A DNA stretch of 64,000 nucleotides from Candidatus Kapaibacterium sp. GTDB lineage: Bacteria > Bacteroidota > Ignavibacteria > Kapaibacteriales > UBA2268. Both the position numbers and the translations under genes were made by a program. The notes below the pieces were generated by a model. The model saw nothing but the letters and a program-made list of their open reading frames with translations, was not told where the DNA came from and searched no databases. Below are positions 61,205-64,000 of this stretch, piece by piece (position 1 is the first letter of the stretch; every line of letters starts with the position of its first letter). Where the stretch lies: assembly GCA_963665665.1 (NCBI GenBank), contig OY762428.1, positions 3,648,001-3,712,000 of the forward strand. Direction: 5' to 3'.

Positions 61205-61633
61205 ATGCCAAAAGCAGAAAAAGGAAATGTAGTTGACGTACATTACAAAGGAACACTTGACGACGGGACAATGTTCGACAGTTCAGAAGGACGCGAGCCA
61301 CTCAGCTTTACTCTCGGTTCAGGCGAAGTGATCGTTGGTTTTGACGAGGGAGTTCTCGGAATGGAAGTTGGAGAAAAAAAATTGGTAAATATTCCGGCTG
61401 AAAAAGCTTATGGCCCGCACAGGAAAGAACTCGTTCTTGAAGTTGGCCGCGACCAGCTTCCTCCGGACGTGAACCCTAACAGGGGCGACAAACTTGAAAT
61501 GCAGGACCCGAACGGGAACAGGATTCCTGTAACAGTATCAGGCCTTACGGACGAACATATCATCCTTGATGCCAATCCTCCGCTTGCCGGCGAAAACCTT
61601 AATTTCGAACTTGAACTTGTTGCCGTAAAATAA
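61205..61633 (+). CDS. FKBP-type peptidyl-prolyl isomerase (SlyD/FkpB-like, no His-rich tail)
   Basis: VHYKGTLDDGTMFDSS, GFDEGVLGM, AYG, LDANPPLAGENLNFELEL. Confidence 0.92.
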   Translation: MPKAEKGNVVDVHYKGTLDDGTMFDSSEGREPLSFTLGSGEVIVGFDEGVLGMEVGEKKLVNIPAEKAYGPHRKELVLEVGRDQLPPDVNPNRGDKLEMQDPNGNRIPVTVSGLTDEHIILDANPPLAGENLNFELELVAVK

Positions 61634-61912
61634 GAAATCAACTCATAGAATATAAAAAGCTGTCCTGAGAAACCGGGGCGGCTTTTTTTATGGGGAATAC
61701 ACTCCTGCTTTCTGCCACTTTTTCCAATCCAACTGTCATTTTATCATAATCTTAACAAAATTCTGACAAATTTTTCGTCCGGGCTGTCATTATTTCATAC
61801 TGCCGGAAATTGGCATGGAATTCGTAATACAGTCCCGTGAAAGCGAATTTCAATAATCGGTTTATCAGATTTATCTAATTAACTTTGTCTAACTAATGAT
61901 TTGGAGGTTGCT

Positions 61913-62356
61913 ATGGCTATCGTAAAATTTGATCCCTTCCGCGGTTTCGAATCATTGACCAGGCGGATGAATCAGTTCATGAACGAATTTGACCGCGATA
62001 CGCGGACGTTTGATAACAGCAGGGTTTTCCTGCCCAAGGTCAATATCCGCGAGGATAAGGAAAATATTTACGTAGACGCTGAAATTCCCGGAGTAAAAAA
62101 GGATGATATCAAGCTGACACTAAACCAGGATAATATCCTTGAGATCCGGGGCGAGAGAAAGGCCGAAGAGAAGAAAGAAGGCGAAAATTACATTCGCTAT
62201 GAAAGTTCTTACGGCGAATTTACACGATCCTTTATGCTTCCGGATGCAGCTGATAGCGAACAGATATCAGCTGAGTACAAAGATGGTATGCTTCGCCTGT
62301 CGATAGGTAAGAAGGAAGAGGTGAAGCCGAAAGAAAAAGAAATTGCAATAAACTAA
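61913..62356 (+). CDS. Hsp20/alpha-crystallin small heat shock protein
   Basis: GGAGG RBS. PKVNIRED, AEIPGV, YGEFTRSFMLP, AEYKDGML. Confidence 0.95.
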   Translation: MAIVKFDPFRGFESLTRRMNQFMNEFDRDTRTFDNSRVFLPKVNIREDKENIYVDAEIPGVKKDDIKLTLNQDNILEIRGERKAEEKKEGENYIRYESSYGEFTRSFMLPDAADSEQISAEYKDGMLRLSIGKKEEVKPKEKEIAIN

Positions 62357-62754
62357 TTTCCCGGTTAATACGCGGGGCTGCTTTAACCGGCAGTCCCGTG
62401 ATTTTTTTGAGAATATTTACAAAACATCAATGAAATATGCACTGAGGAAAGCGAAGAGATCATTCATCTGGTAAATGTTGCAAGAAATAGATTCTGCAGA
62501 TGCAAGCTCTTTAAGCCTGCTCCGAAATGTCGGGCAGTGACAATTTTGCAATTATTCTTTTCAAAACAGAATAATATCAGATTTGCTGAGCAAAGACGCA
62601 AATTATTCTATCGAAAAATAATTTGTATAATACGCTGAATAGAAATAATTTTGTAGCTTTGTTTTTAATGACTTATTATTATTATAAATTGTTTAAACTC
62701 TATTTCGTCTTATGCACACTAAGAATGATAATATTTTAAAGGAGACGGGTTAAA

Positions 62755-63498
62755 ATGGCGGATAAAAATAAAGGCGGAAATAATAAATCGCGGGCAAAGG
62801 GGATTGCCAGGGATGTTTTTGCTGCTTACAGAAAGAACAGGAAAGAAAAAGAAATTCCGATACAGGATGAAAATGAGGATATTATGACCGATGAAACTGA
62901 AAAAATTGATGTGAAACCGGAAAAGGATTCTGAAGCAAAGAAAGAAAAGGATGAAAAAGTTTCTGCAGAAACTTCTGAAAATGATAAAAAAGACCTGACC
63001 GAAGAAGACCTGCTGGAAATTGTTGATAATTATAACAACATTTTAAAAGAAAGAGACGAACTTAAGGATAAACTTATCCGCAACACTGCCGAGATGGAAA
63101 ATATTCGCCGCAGGACTGCCAGGGAAAAACAGGACGCGATTATTTATGGTAATGAAAAACTTCTGGATAAACTTCTCCCTGTTATCGACGACCTGGAAAA
63201 TGCCGTTGAAGCCGGAAAAAAATCCGGAGAAGGTGATGCCCTACTACAGGGTGTGGAAATGATACTGAAAAAAGCCCTGAAAACTTTCGAGGAATCCGGC
63301 GTCACAAAGATGAAAGACCCCACGGGCGAAGAATTCGACGTTAATTTCCACGAAGCCCTTATGCAGATGCCTTCGGATCAGCCTGAGGGGCATGTGGCAC
63401 AGGTTGTTCAGCCGGGATACATGATCCACGACAAAGTACTCCGCCACGCAAAAGTAGTTACTTCATCGGGCAGCCCGGCAGAAACTGAAAAGAAATAA
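62755..63498 (+). CDS. grpE: Nucleotide exchange factor GrpE
   Basis: AEMENIRRR, LLPVIDDLE, GVEMI, FDVNFHEAL, QPGYMIHDKVLRHAKVV. Confidence 0.95.
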   Translation: MADKNKGGNNKSRAKGIARDVFAAYRKNRKEKEIPIQDENEDIMTDETEKIDVKPEKDSEAKKEKDEKVSAETSENDKKDLTEEDLLEIVDNYNNILKERDELKDKLIRNTAEMENIRRRTAREKQDAIIYGNEKLLDKLLPVIDDLENAVEAGKKSGEGDALLQGVEMILKKALKTFEESGVTKMKDPTGEEFDVNFHEALMQMPSDQPEGHVAQVVQPGYMIHDKVLRHAKVVTSSGSPAETEKK

Positions 63499-63528
63499 TT
63501 TGATAATTAAAAAAGATTAAGATATAAA

Positions 63529-64000
63529 ATGGCTAAAAGAGATTATTACGAAGTATTGGAAGTTAGCAGGGACGCCTCGGCGGAAGAAATAAAGTCAAGT
63601 TACAGGAAGAAAGCCATTCAGTTCCATCCGGATAAAAATCCCGGTAATTCCGAAGCCGAAGAAAATTTTAAAGAGGCTTCCGAAGCTTATGAGGTGCTCA
63701 GCGATGCTGATAAACGCGCCCGATACGACAGGTTTGGTCATGACGGTCTGCGCGGCGGACAGGACTTTCGTTCTTCGGGCAGCGTGGATGATATTTTCTC
63801 AGCTTTCGGGGATATCTTCGGCGGCAGTATATTCGGTGATTTCTTTGGCGGCGGACAGGCCCGAGGACGTGGCAGGCGTTCACCCGGCGAGCCGGGCAGC
63901 GATATTAAGATCAGGCTGCCCCTGACCCTGGAGGAAATTGCTACAGGAGTTGAAAAAAATATTAAACTGAAACGCATGGTGAATTGTGATGAATGCAGTG
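63529..64000 (+). CDS. dnaJ: Chaperone DnaJ, 3' truncated
   Basis: [12 protein letters not shown]...QFHPDKNPG...AYEVLSD...YDRFG, a G/F-rich linker and the start of the Zn finger (CDEC). Not in the ORF track because it has no stop in the window. Confidence 0.96.
   Translation, partial: MAKRDYYEVLEVSRDASAEEIKSSYRKKAIQFHPDKNPGNSEAEENFKEASEAYEVLSDADKRARYDRFGHDGLRGGQDFRSSGSVDDIFSAFGDIFGGSIFGDFFGGGQARGRGRRSPGEPGSDIKIRLPLTLEEIATGVEKNIKLKRMVNCDECS

Noticed and set aside
62709-62732. CIRCE element upstream of grpE
   Set aside because: TTATGCACACTAAGAATGATAA does not fit TTAGCACTC-N9-GAGTGCTAA in sequence or spacing.
1836-63977. Numerous short antisense or alternative-frame ORFs in the track
   Set aside because: They are nested in well-supported genes and have no recognisable motifs, so they are treated as shadow ORFs.

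Overview
AT-rich bacterial window, probably Bacteroidota/Chlorobiota lineage (Ignavibacteria/Kapabacteria-like). This is inferred from the many T9SS C-terminal domains, Gln-start mature proteins and the grpE-dnaJ arrangement. 1-19.5 kb is a five-gene surface-protein locus: a >3,689-aa repeat beta-solenoid protein, an 865-aa protein, a 691-aa dockerin-like protein, a cohesin-like T9SS cargo and a WD40 T9SS cargo. Matching terminal motifs, plus the only two Cys of the 865-aa protein lying at its two ends, suggest an undescribed head-to-tail, possibly disulfide-locked surface filament. 19.8-30.6 kb holds a group A [FeFe]-hydrogenase operon whose HydB is fused to a GltD/NfnB-like domain, an OmpA protein and a PAS kinase/UvrY-like regulator pair. 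A 21-bp palindrome links the hydrogenase promoter to two tandem candidate sRNA units. The rest contains a large T9SS cargo, ppk1, housekeeping and envelope genes, two 13 x 21-bp tandem arrays, a cluster of REP-like palindromes, a candidate sigma54-driven sRNA and hsp20-grpE-dnaJ. No rRNA, tRNA, CRISPR array or transposase was seen. All calls come from manual motif reading; no database searches were run.
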